From positions 1 to 33,600 of IMG/VR virus record IMGVR_UViG_3300024283_000026: DNA of 33,600 bases, one strand, 5' to 3'. Below the pieces are notes generated by a model that saw nothing but the letters and a program-made list of their open reading frames with translations, had not been told where the DNA came from and did not search any database. The translations under genes were made by a program, and so were the position numbers. This DNA comes from a virus (lineage: Duplodnaviria > Caudoviricetes). Below, piece by piece: positions 26,179 through 33,600 of this stretch (the stretch's first letter is position 1; every line of letters starts with the position of its first letter).

Positions 26179-29100
26179 TGTCGTTCGGCAAGGGCTCGAA
26201 TCAAAACACGACCACCACGACGCAGACGCCCGATCCGGCGGCGATGGCCGCCTATCGTGGCCTGCTCAATCGTGCCGCTGGCGTCGCAAATCTGCCCTAT
26301 CAAGCCTATGGCGGGGAAGGCGTCGCCCCGATCAATGCCCAGCAGTATGCGGGCATCGGTAATATCAATCAGAATGCCGGGTTTGCGCTGCCCTATATCC
26401 AGCAGGCGACACAATATGCCAATCAGGCGGCGCAGCCGATCACCGGGGCGCAGATCGCCGGCTTTCAAAGCCCGTACACGCAGCAAGTCGTCAACGCCAC
26501 CGAGGCGCAGTTCAATAATCAGAACGCGCAGCAGCAGCAGCAAGTGCTGGGCAACGCGATTGCTCAAGGCGCGCTCGGCGGCGATCGGACTGCAGTCGCC
26601 CAGGCCAATCTCGCCGGCCAGCAGCAGATGGCCGAGGCGCCGGTCATCGCCGGGCTCTACAATCAGGGCTACCAGAACGCCCAGCAGATGGCGCTGGCTC
26701 AACAGCAGGCGATGGCGCAAGGCGCGTACTCTCTCGGCAACCTCGGCGTTGCAGGGCAGAATGCGGCTCTCACGGGCGCCAATGCGCAAGTCGGTGCCGG
26801 CTCGCTCGAGCAACAAACGCAGAATGCCTTAGACCAGTACCTCTACGGCCAGTTCATGCAGGGCCAGGCGTTCCCGTACCAGCAGGCGCAATGGCTGGCG
26901 GGGATCGATACCGGGGTAGGTTCGCAGATGGGGGGCACGTCGACCACGACGGGGCCGCCGCCGAATCCGTGGAACACGGCTGCGGGGTTGGGGGTTGCGG
27001 CACTCGGGGCGATGGCGCCATCGAAAAGCGCAAGCGGGGGCCGCATCCGCGGCTTTGCGCCGGGCGGCATGGTGTCTCCGACGATGGCGCCTGCGATGGG
27101 CGGGGCACCGCAGCCCAACCCGATGGCGGGCTTTGCCGGCAATCCGACTCTCCAGCGGGTCGGGGATGCCCTGCAATCCGGCTTCGGCAACATGATGCAG
27201 CGGGTCGACTCCAATCCGCGCCTTGCGGGGCTGATGTCTGAGTTCCAGAAATACATGCCGCAATGGGGCGGCTGGGGCGGTCAGTCGGGGCCGCAAGCAG
27301 GGTTTGGCCAGATGATGGGCCGTCCCGGCTTTGACGATGGGGGCGAGGTCTCGGGATTCGGTGGCGTGCCTTATGGTGGGGCTGGCGGGTACATCCCCGG
27401 CGCGTTCCAAGGCCAGCATGGCAATACCATGCCGAAGCCGCCGGGGGCGCCGTCAAGTGGCGGATCGTCTGGGGCTGGCGGAATCCCTGGCTTGAATGCC
27501 AACGCGCTCGGTGCTGCTGGGAAGGGGCTTGGTGATATTGGAAGTTCGCTCTATTCCGGCTTCGGTGAGATGTTCCCCGAGGCGGGCGCGTATCTTGAAA
27601 ATCCGTCTTTGATTGGGGAGGGTCTGTCAGATGTTGGCGGCGCTTTGATGGGGGGCCTGGGTGACCTCGGCGGCGCGATGGCTGGCGCATTCGGTGGGGG
27701 CGAGGCGGCGGCTGACCTTTTGCCTCTGCTCTTGTTGGCGAAACGCGGTGGTCGCATCAATGGCAAGCGCGCGGGGTTTGCTCCTGGTGGCGAAGTCGAT
27801 TTGTCGAACGCATATCCCCTCGGCGACATCGACCCGAACGACGCATCCACCAACAATTTCGGATTCAATTTCAATCCGGTACGTACCGACGCCAACACCG
27901 CCTATCCGGAGCCGACGGCGGACGTGCCGATGCCTCGTTCGCGCCCGACATTGGGCGATGTCACGGCACCGTCTGACAATGGCATCTACATGCCGGTTCC
28001 GCGGGAACCTGAACCGACCCCGATCGTTGGTGCCGCCCGTGTCGGTCCTCCAGAGGAGGAAAAGCAATCCGGCCTGTTCGGCGGCTGGGGCCTCTCCGAT
28101 GCCGCCCGCACCGGATTGATCACAGCGGGCCTCGGCATGATGGCCTCTCGGTCCCCCAATCTATGGAATGCGATCGGGGAAGGCGGCCTTGCCGGGATGC
28201 ACGCCTATTCCGGGGAGAAGAAACAGGCGGCTTCGATCGAGGAGGCGCGGAAGCGGCTGGAACAGCATGCCGATGAGGTGAGTAAGAAACTGGCGTTGGA
28301 GAGCAAAAAGATTTCCGATGCGGAACAGGCGCGGCAGGATACGCAGACTTACCGAACGAAGATGCTGGAACAAGGCAAACTTGGTCCGGGCCAACACATG
28401 GTTGATGGCCGGATCGAGAATGTCCCCGGCTATGCTGAAGCCCTTCAGGCGGCAGAGGCAGCCAAGGCCGCCGGCAAAGGCGCAGCGAGCCAAATGAGCC
28501 CGGAAGCCAAGGAGATCATGGCTCGGCAGATGATCGCGGGCAACTTTACTGGATACAACAGCCTCGGCAGGACGGCGCAGGGCTTGGCCGTCAGGAACGA
28601 ACTCAACAATATGGCGACGGAAATTGCCATGAAGGAGAACGGCTTCACCCCCGCTCAGGCCGCCGACCACCTCAACAGGCAGAAGCAGGAATTTTCCGCC
28701 CGTCAGATCGGGCTCAACACCGAAGCGCGCACCGCTGGCCAGCGCGAGACGAACCTTAACCTTATTCTGCGCATGACCGATGCTGCTATCCCGGCAGCGC
28801 TTGAGGCATCGGAAAAGGTTGCCAGGACCGGGTGGGTGCCAATCAACAGGATTATTCAGAAGGGTGAGGTTATCACCAGCAACACCGAGCTTGCGCAATT
28901 CGGAATGGCGAATCTGCAGCTTGCGGAAGCTTGGGCGAGGGCCATGAACCCGACCGGCGTGATGCGTGAGAGCGACCGCGATATGGCGCTGAATTATCTC
29001 AATACGGCGACCAGTAAAGAAACTTATGCTGCGCTGGTGCATCAACTGCAGAAGCAGATCACGCGCGAGCGCGACTCCATCCGCGGCGTGAACCCGGCGA

Positions 29101-29213
29101 CACCGATCAATCCGAATGCCCCATCTCCCGCCCCCGGTGGGGGAACCGTGGCCGCCGCTCCCGATCGTGACGCCATTGAAGCGGAAATGCGTCGCAGAGG
29201 GTTGACCCCATGA
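26178..29213 (+). CDS. Internal virion / DNA ejection protein
   Basis: TGATG overlap. Gln/Ala/Gly-rich N-terminus (SPYTQQVV, GALGGDR), hydrophobic Gly-rich segments, coiled coil and five GG motifs. Confidence 0.75.
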   Translation: MSFGKGSNQNTTTTTQTPDPAAMAAYRGLLNRAAGVANLPYQAYGGEGVAPINAQQYAGIGNINQNAGFALPYIQQATQYANQAAQPITGAQIAGFQSPYTQQVVNATEAQFNNQNAQQQQQVLGNAIAQGALGGDRTAVAQANLAGQQQMAEAPVIAGLYNQGYQNAQQMALAQQQAMAQGAYSLGNLGVAGQNAALTGANAQVGAGSLEQQTQNALDQYLYGQFMQGQAFPYQQAQWLAGIDTGVGSQMGGTSTTTGPPPNPWNTAAGLGVAALGAMAPSKSASGGRIRGFAPGGMVSPTMAPAMGGAPQPNPMAGFAGNPTLQRVGDALQSGFGNMMQRVDSNPRLAGLMSEFQKYMPQWGGWGGQSGPQAGFGQMMGRPGFDDGGEVSGFGGVPYGGAGGYIPGAFQGQHGNTMPKPPGAPSSGGSSGAGGIPGLNANALGAAGKGLGDIGSSLYSGFGEMFPEAGAYLENPSLIGEGLSDVGGALMGGLGDLGGAMAGAFGGGEAAADLLPLLLLAKRGGRINGKRAGFAPGGEVDLSNAYPLGDIDPNDASTNNFGFNFNPVRTDANTAYPEPTADVPMPRSRPTLGDVTAPSDNGIYMPVPREPEPTPIVGAARVGPPEEEKQSGLFGGWGLSDAARTGLITAGLGMMASRSPNLWNAIGEGGLAGMHAYSGEKKQAASIEEARKRLEQHADEVSKKLALESKKISDAEQARQDTQTYRTKMLEQGKLGPGQHMVDGRIENVPGYAEALQAAEAAKAAGKGAASQMSPEAKEIMARQMIAGNFTGYNSLGRTAQGLAVRNELNNMATEIAMKENGFTPAQAADHLNRQKQEFSARQIGLNTEARTAGQRETNLNLILRMTDAAIPAALEASEKVARTGWVPINRIIQKGEVITSNTELAQFGMANLQLAEAWARAMNPTGVMRESDRDMALNYLNTATSKETYAALVHQLQKQITRERDSIRGVNPATPINPNAPSPAPGGGTVAAAPDRDAIEAEMRRRGLTP

Positions 29214-32200
29214 CCGACCTCTCGTCCATGTCGGATGATGACTTGCGGGCTGCTCATGCCGCAAGTTCTCTATCCCATATGTCCGACGACGAGTTGAGGG
29301 CAGCGCATGCGGCGTCGGCTCGCTCCAGTCCCAGCGCATTTGAATCCGGTATGCTCGGCGCGGTCGACACCGCCGGATTTGGTCTTGGTCCTGCGATTTC
29401 CGGCCTGACGGCAGCCTCGGGCATGACTCCGACTCGTGGTTATGAGAACCAGCCCCACCTGGACCCAAATCCGTTGATGCCGCTGGTCGGCGCCGGCCGC
29501 ATGATCAACGAAAAGCTGATCAAGCCCCTCACGGGAGGTCAGCCCAATGACGAGGTAGGCCAAGCATACGATCGCGGCCGACAGTCGGCACTCGATGCCA
29601 TCAATCAGGCGAAACAGGCGCATCCGAATGCCTACCTCGCCGGTCAGGTTGGCGGCGCCTTCGCTGCGCCCGGATTTGGCGTCGCTGGCGGGGCAACGAC
29701 GGCCGCACGTATTGCCCGAGGGGCTGGCGCTGGCGCTATTGGTGGCGGCCTGTACGGGGCCGGTGAGGCCATAGGTCAGGGTGAGTCTCCTGGGGAGACC
29801 GCGCTTGCGGCCGGGCGCGGGGCGCTTACGGGTGCCCCCTTGGGGGCGGCGGGGGCAGGGGTGGCCGAAGCCTTGGCCCCGGTCGCTGGCCGTGTTGCCA
29901 ATGTGATCCGTGGCATTCGCGATCCGGAGGAGGAGGCTTCCAGGCGGGTTGCCACTGCCATGACGCGGGATTGGCAGTCCCAAGGCCCGTCGCTTACCGC
30001 AGAGGAGATCGCCGCGGCTAATGCGGCTGGTCTGCCGCGATCCGTGATCGATGCCGGAGGCGAGACAACACGGGCCTTGGCGCGGTCTGCCGCGAATACC
30101 TCTCCGGAGGCGCGGGCTGCGCTTGCGGAAATGGCCCGCGATCGGTTCGAAGACCAGTCCCCCCGCATTGCGGCTTTCATCCGCGATATAACCGGTGGGG
30201 CGAATGCAGGGGCCGACTTGGAGACCCTGCAGGCTGCGGCCCGCCGTGCCAACCAGCCCGCTTATAAGGCTGCCTATGCGGCCGGTTCTGGCGGCGTCTG
30301 GACTCCCGAACTTGAGCGCTTGGCCGGCGCACCTGCGGTTCGGCAGGCAATGCAGGATGCTGTCCAGCGCGGGCGCGACCGTGCGGTGAGTGAAGGTCTT
30401 GGGGCGTTCAATCCCGGCGTTACCTTCGAAAACGGGGTGATGCAGTTCGGCCGCGGTAAGGGGGCACCCCCCTATCCGGATATCCAGTTCTGGGATTACG
30501 TCCAGCGGGAGTTGCGAGACAGCGCGAACGTCGCCAAGCGATCCGGCCGCAATGAGGAATACGGTGCGATCACTGGTTTGCGCCGCCGGCTGCTTGGTGA
30601 ACTTGACACACAGGTTCCAGAATTCGCCACGGCACGCAACGGAGCGGCCCAATTCTTGGGTGCCGACAATGCCTTGGAGGCTGGCGAAAAGTTCGTGAAC
30701 TTCCGCCCCGGCGGCCGCAACGAGATGGATTTCAGGAAGACATACGCCCGCATGTCCCAACCGGAACGGGAGCTTTTCGCCCGGGGCTATGCTTCAAAGT
30801 TAGCGTCTAACATCGAGGCGGTTGCCGACAACCGAAGCGTCCTCAATGCGGCGTTTGTCAACAGCGGACCGGCTCGACAGCGCACCTTGCTCGCTCTCGG
30901 TCCCCAGCGTGCCGCGCAACTCGAGGCCCTGTTGCGGGCGGAAAAGATTACGGACCTTGCGCGCCAGAACATGGGCAATTCCTCGACGGCGCGCCAACTC
31001 GTCGAGCTGGGCCTCGCTGGCGGCTCGGAAGGCGTCCTCAAACAGAACTTCAACCTCTCTCATATCCTGGTTGAGGCGTTCCGGGGGGCAGTTCGTCACG
31101 GCGCGCAGGTAATCGACGGCCGCGTGGCCGAACGAGTGGGCCAAATGCTCGCTTCCAGCGACCCCAATGTGCTTCGACAGGGCCTGCAGCTCGTCGCTAG
31201 GCAGCCTCGGCTGCTCAACGCGCTGCGGCAAGCCAGCAACCGGCTTGGGTACGCGGCGACTGCGGCGACACAACCGCAACAGGGTTTCAAGCATGGCGGT
31301 GCCGTTGATAGCACAACGGAAAGGAAGCCTCCACCCCTCTCCACCCGCAAGCAATCCAACTATTCCCCGACCGCCGGAACCAAGGCCCGTCACTGCGCCA
31401 ACTGCGCGCATTACCTGAAGCCGAACAAGTGCTCGGAGGTGGGTGGCTTTATTGCGGCTCGCGGCTTATGCGAGTGGTATCGCGGCCAAAGGGCTGCCGG
31501 CGGTCGCGTCGATGCCGGCAACATCAACCATGCTCCGACAGAGGCCCAGAAAGAGGCCGGCAACTACGCCAAGGATCACATTCGCGTCCATGGCCTGGAC
31601 ATCGCGATCGAGAATGCCAAAGGTGCAGAACGGTCAGGCGCCGGCAAGGACGGCAAGCCATGGTCCGTCAAGATGCCAGCGCATTACGGCTACATCAAGC
31701 GCACCGAGGGCGCGGACGGCGATCACGTCGATGTCTATCTCGGGCCGCACACAAAGTCGCGGAAGGTGTTCGTTGTAGACCAACGAGATGCAGACACCAG
31801 CGACTTCGACGAACACAAGGTCATGATGGGGTTCGGCACGCAGAAGCAGGCACGCGAAGCCTATCATAGAGGGTTTTCGGATGGCCGCGGCAGGGAACGC
31901 CTAGGCCACATGACCGAGATGGGCGTCGATGAATTCAAGGATTGGCTCAAGCACGGCAATCAATCCAGGCCCGCGTTTGCGGATGGCGGTGCGCTGTCGG
32001 ATGACGACATCGCCGCCCAAGATGCCGCCGAAGCCGCCGCAGCCCGCGTCCGCGCTCCCTATGCCAAGGCCAATGCCCGCGCGAGTGGCCTTCCCGATGT
32101 TGTGAACTACTTCGGCAACAAGCTCGCATCCGCCGTCACAGCGCCAAGGGATGCGCTCTATGGCACCATGCAGGTCACCGACCCGGAAACCGGAATGCCC

Positions 32201-33355
32201 ACCAGGGAGGCCATGGAACGGGGGCAGGGGGTGGCCAATATGGCGATGACGGGAGGCATCCCGTTTGCGCAGAAAGGCGCGGCCGGGGTAATGGGCGGCA
32301 GATTAAAACAGCCCACGATTGAGCATGGAAAGCCAGTGGAGGTTGAAGCATACAAGGGCTCGCATCCCTACGCTAACGAGCCTGATCGGGATTGGAAAGG
32401 CAATGTCATCAAAGATTATGGACCGCGCCGTCAATTGATGGCCGAAGAGCCGTTTAAAAGCAGCGCCGGTCATGCTGGATTCTTTTCGTCCGATCCTGCG
32501 GTTGCAAGCCGATTTGCTGAGGCCCTCTCACAGGAGGGCGCAGTGTTCCCAGTGAAGATAAACTTCAATAACCCCTATGTGATTGATGGAAAGGGGCAAC
32601 CTGCCGCTTCTTGGCAGTGGGACACTATTGCCAAGCGGCACGGCATGATGAATGAGTTAGAGGAATATCAGGCCGCTCTCAAAGACCCCCGTTATGATGG
32701 GGTTGTGATAAAGAATACGAAGGATGAAGGGGATGTTTATATTCCAAAGGCTCATTCGCAATTGAAACCAGGACTATTTCCTGATGAGCCAGCCAGTGCC
32801 CTCGCCGACCAATTGCCTGAGCGCAAGGGCCTCAAAGTCTCCGACGACGGCATCCGCATCAACATCGCCCCTCACGACATGCAGGTTCCCGAATGGGGCA
32901 AGGGCTTGTCCTGGGGCCTCACCGCCTATCGCAGCAAGGTCAATGGCGAAGACGCCATTCATGTCCGGGATGCGCGGCTGCCCCCAGAAATGCGGGGCCA
33001 GGGCCATGGCACCGCAATGTACGAACATGCGGCAGACCTTGCGGCGAAGGAAGGCAAGCCGCTGCTCTCCGATGGCGCCGTGACGCAAGATGCCGCCAAC
33101 CGCTGGATGGCGCTCAATCGCGCCGGCTACAACGTGCAGATGGCGCCGGACAAGGTGTTCCGGCCGGGGCCGCCGGAAGCGCCACATCTGGGGCGGTTTG
33201 AAACGCCGGACGGATCGCCAGTGTTTCGGGTCGAACCGGCTGCCGCTCCCGGCATCACCGCCTATCACATCCCCAAGCGCGCCCGCGGGGGCTCCATCAA
33301 GTTCAAACCCGACTGGTGGATCAAGGCCAAGGCCAGACGTGTGGCCTTCGCCTGA
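29210..33355 (+). CDS. Large internal virion polyvalent protein (helical ejection core, then HiPIP-like, pyrophosphatase-like, ART-like and GNAT domains)
   Basis: ATGA overlap. Motifs CANC..C..VGGFI...GLC, PTEAQKEAGNY..HYGYI..DGDHVDV..FDEHK, AYKGS..GFFSSD..NPY..YDGVVI and RGQGHG. Confidence 0.8.
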   Translation: MTDLSSMSDDDLRAAHAASSLSHMSDDELRAAHAASARSSPSAFESGMLGAVDTAGFGLGPAISGLTAASGMTPTRGYENQPHLDPNPLMPLVGAGRMINEKLIKPLTGGQPNDEVGQAYDRGRQSALDAINQAKQAHPNAYLAGQVGGAFAAPGFGVAGGATTAARIARGAGAGAIGGGLYGAGEAIGQGESPGETALAAGRGALTGAPLGAAGAGVAEALAPVAGRVANVIRGIRDPEEEASRRVATAMTRDWQSQGPSLTAEEIAAANAAGLPRSVIDAGGETTRALARSAANTSPEARAALAEMARDRFEDQSPRIAAFIRDITGGANAGADLETLQAAARRANQPAYKAAYAAGSGGVWTPELERLAGAPAVRQAMQDAVQRGRDRAVSEGLGAFNPGVTFENGVMQFGRGKGAPPYPDIQFWDYVQRELRDSANVAKRSGRNEEYGAITGLRRRLLGELDTQVPEFATARNGAAQFLGADNALEAGEKFVNFRPGGRNEMDFRKTYARMSQPERELFARGYASKLASNIEAVADNRSVLNAAFVNSGPARQRTLLALGPQRAAQLEALLRAEKITDLARQNMGNSSTARQLVELGLAGGSEGVLKQNFNLSHILVEAFRGAVRHGAQVIDGRVAERVGQMLASSDPNVLRQGLQLVARQPRLLNALRQASNRLGYAATAATQPQQGFKHGGAVDSTTERKPPPLSTRKQSNYSPTAGTKARHCANCAHYLKPNKCSEVGGFIAARGLCEWYRGQRAAGGRVDAGNINHAPTEAQKEAGNYAKDHIRVHGLDIAIENAKGAERSGAGKDGKPWSVKMPAHYGYIKRTEGADGDHVDVYLGPHTKSRKVFVVDQRDADTSDFDEHKVMMGFGTQKQAREAYHRGFSDGRGRERLGHMTEMGVDEFKDWLKHGNQSRPAFADGGALSDDDIAAQDAAEAAAARVRAPYAKANARASGLPDVVNYFGNKLASAVTAPRDALYGTMQVTDPETGMPTREAMERGQGVANMAMTGGIPFAQKGAAGVMGGRLKQPTIEHGKPVEVEAYKGSHPYANEPDRDWKGNVIKDYGPRRQLMAEEPFKSSAGHAGFFSSDPAVASRFAEALSQEGAVFPVKINFNNPYVIDGKGQPAASWQWDTIAKRHGMMNELEEYQAALKDPRYDGVVIKNTKDEGDVYIPKAHSQLKPGLFPDEPASALADQLPERKGLKVSDDGIRINIAPHDMQVPEWGKGLSWGLTAYRSKVNGEDAIHVRDARLPPEMRGQGHGTAMYEHAADLAAKEGKPLLSDGAVTQDAANRWMALNRAGYNVQMAPDKVFRPGPPEAPHLGRFETPDGSPVFRVEPAAAPGITAYHIPKRARGGSIKFKPDWWIKAKARRVAFA
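29219..29313 (+). repeat. Two tandem 17-aa repeats LS(S/H)MSDD(D/E)LRAAHAA
   Basis: Seen in the translation, with a 51-nt period and many synonymous differences. Confidence 0.8.
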
Positions 33356-33356
33356 G

Positions 33357-33599
33357 CTATTGGCATCTCATCGTATCCCTTCCCGTCCGCGTGCAATCCA
33401 AGGGCTGTGGTGCCGGTTGCGGGGCTGGAGGCCGCGTTGTCGCAATGGCGAGTCCGGCGGCCATGGTGTCGGCTGCTCTGGCGTGGCGATTGTCGCGCCG
33501 CACCGTCTCGATCTGCCGGCATTGGACATATTCAGGTGATCCCGGGAGCGCCCCCAGTTTACGGCAATAGGCATCGTCCTGTCTCGCAAGCCCCTCGGG
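33357..33599 (-). CDS. 3' part of a small Cys-containing, probably envelope/lipoprotein gene (start outside the window)
   Basis: Open frame absent from the ORF track: PEGLARQDDAYCRKLGALPGSPEYVQCRQ...PQPLDCTRTGRDTMRCQ*. Stop codon at 33357-33359, convergent with the large gene. Confidence 0.65.
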   Translation of the reverse strand, partial: PEGLARQDDAYCRKLGALPGSPEYVQCRQIETVRRDNRHARAADTMAAGLAIATTRPPAPQPAPQPLDCTRTGRDTMRCQ

Positions 33600-33600
33600 G

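Larger units (their letters stand above)
1..33600 (+). mobile_element. Tailed phage or prophage segment (short-tailed, podovirus-like morphogenesis module)
   Basis: Co-oriented, tightly coupled genes for major capsid, adaptors, tail-collar fibre, nozzle, GNAT and ejection proteins. No sheath, tube or tape-measure gene was recognised. No genome ends or att sites are visible. Confidence 0.93.

Noticed and set aside
28161-31411. Long minus-strand ORFs (28161-29468, 29270-30760, 30800-31411; likewise 4287-5252, 6711-7691, 21299-22216 and 22343-23257)
   Set aside because: They lie almost entirely over well-supported + strand genes and have no recognisable motifs. They are typical antisense shadows of high-GC coding DNA.
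26178-33355. Tape-measure protein of a long-tailed phage
   Set aside because: No tail tube, sheath, chaperone or baseplate genes were recognised. The order nozzle, GNAT, large Gln/Ala-rich proteins matches podoviral ejection genes.
33265-33589. Track ORFs 33368-33589 (-), 33265-33522 (-) and 33316-33570 (+)
   Set aside because: They are low-information translations. The third minus frame (stop at 33357) gives a much more protein-like product.

Overview
The whole window reads as part of a high-GC tailed-phage genome or prophage, probably podovirus-like and probably with an alphaproteobacterial host. Nearly all real genes are on the + strand. Positions 1-7448 encode a nucleotide-sugar and glycan-tailoring cluster: HldE-like nucleotidyltransferase/kinase, GmhA-like isomerase, a split TPP E1alpha/E1beta pair, a radical SAM enzyme, two methyltransferases and a GT-A glycosyltransferase. 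A promoter and a structured leader follow, then the virion module: decoration protein, Mu-gpT-like major capsid protein, Thr-rich structural proteins, three consecutive genes with apparent signal peptides, adaptors, fibres, nozzle, a GNAT protein and two large ejection/internal proteins. The three strongest observations are: (1) a recurrent x-[A/K/D]-x-G-G-x-[V/I/L] motif, about 16 copies, concentrated in predicted internal proteins and sitting at the domain borders of a 1381-aa polyvalent protein (HiPIP-like, pyrophosphatase-like, ART-like and GNAT domains); (2) exported, Cys-rich proteins inside the capsid operon; (3) a heptose/branched-sugar pathway directly upstream of the capsid genes, suggesting virion glycosylation. 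All family calls come from motifs recognised by eye, not from database searches.
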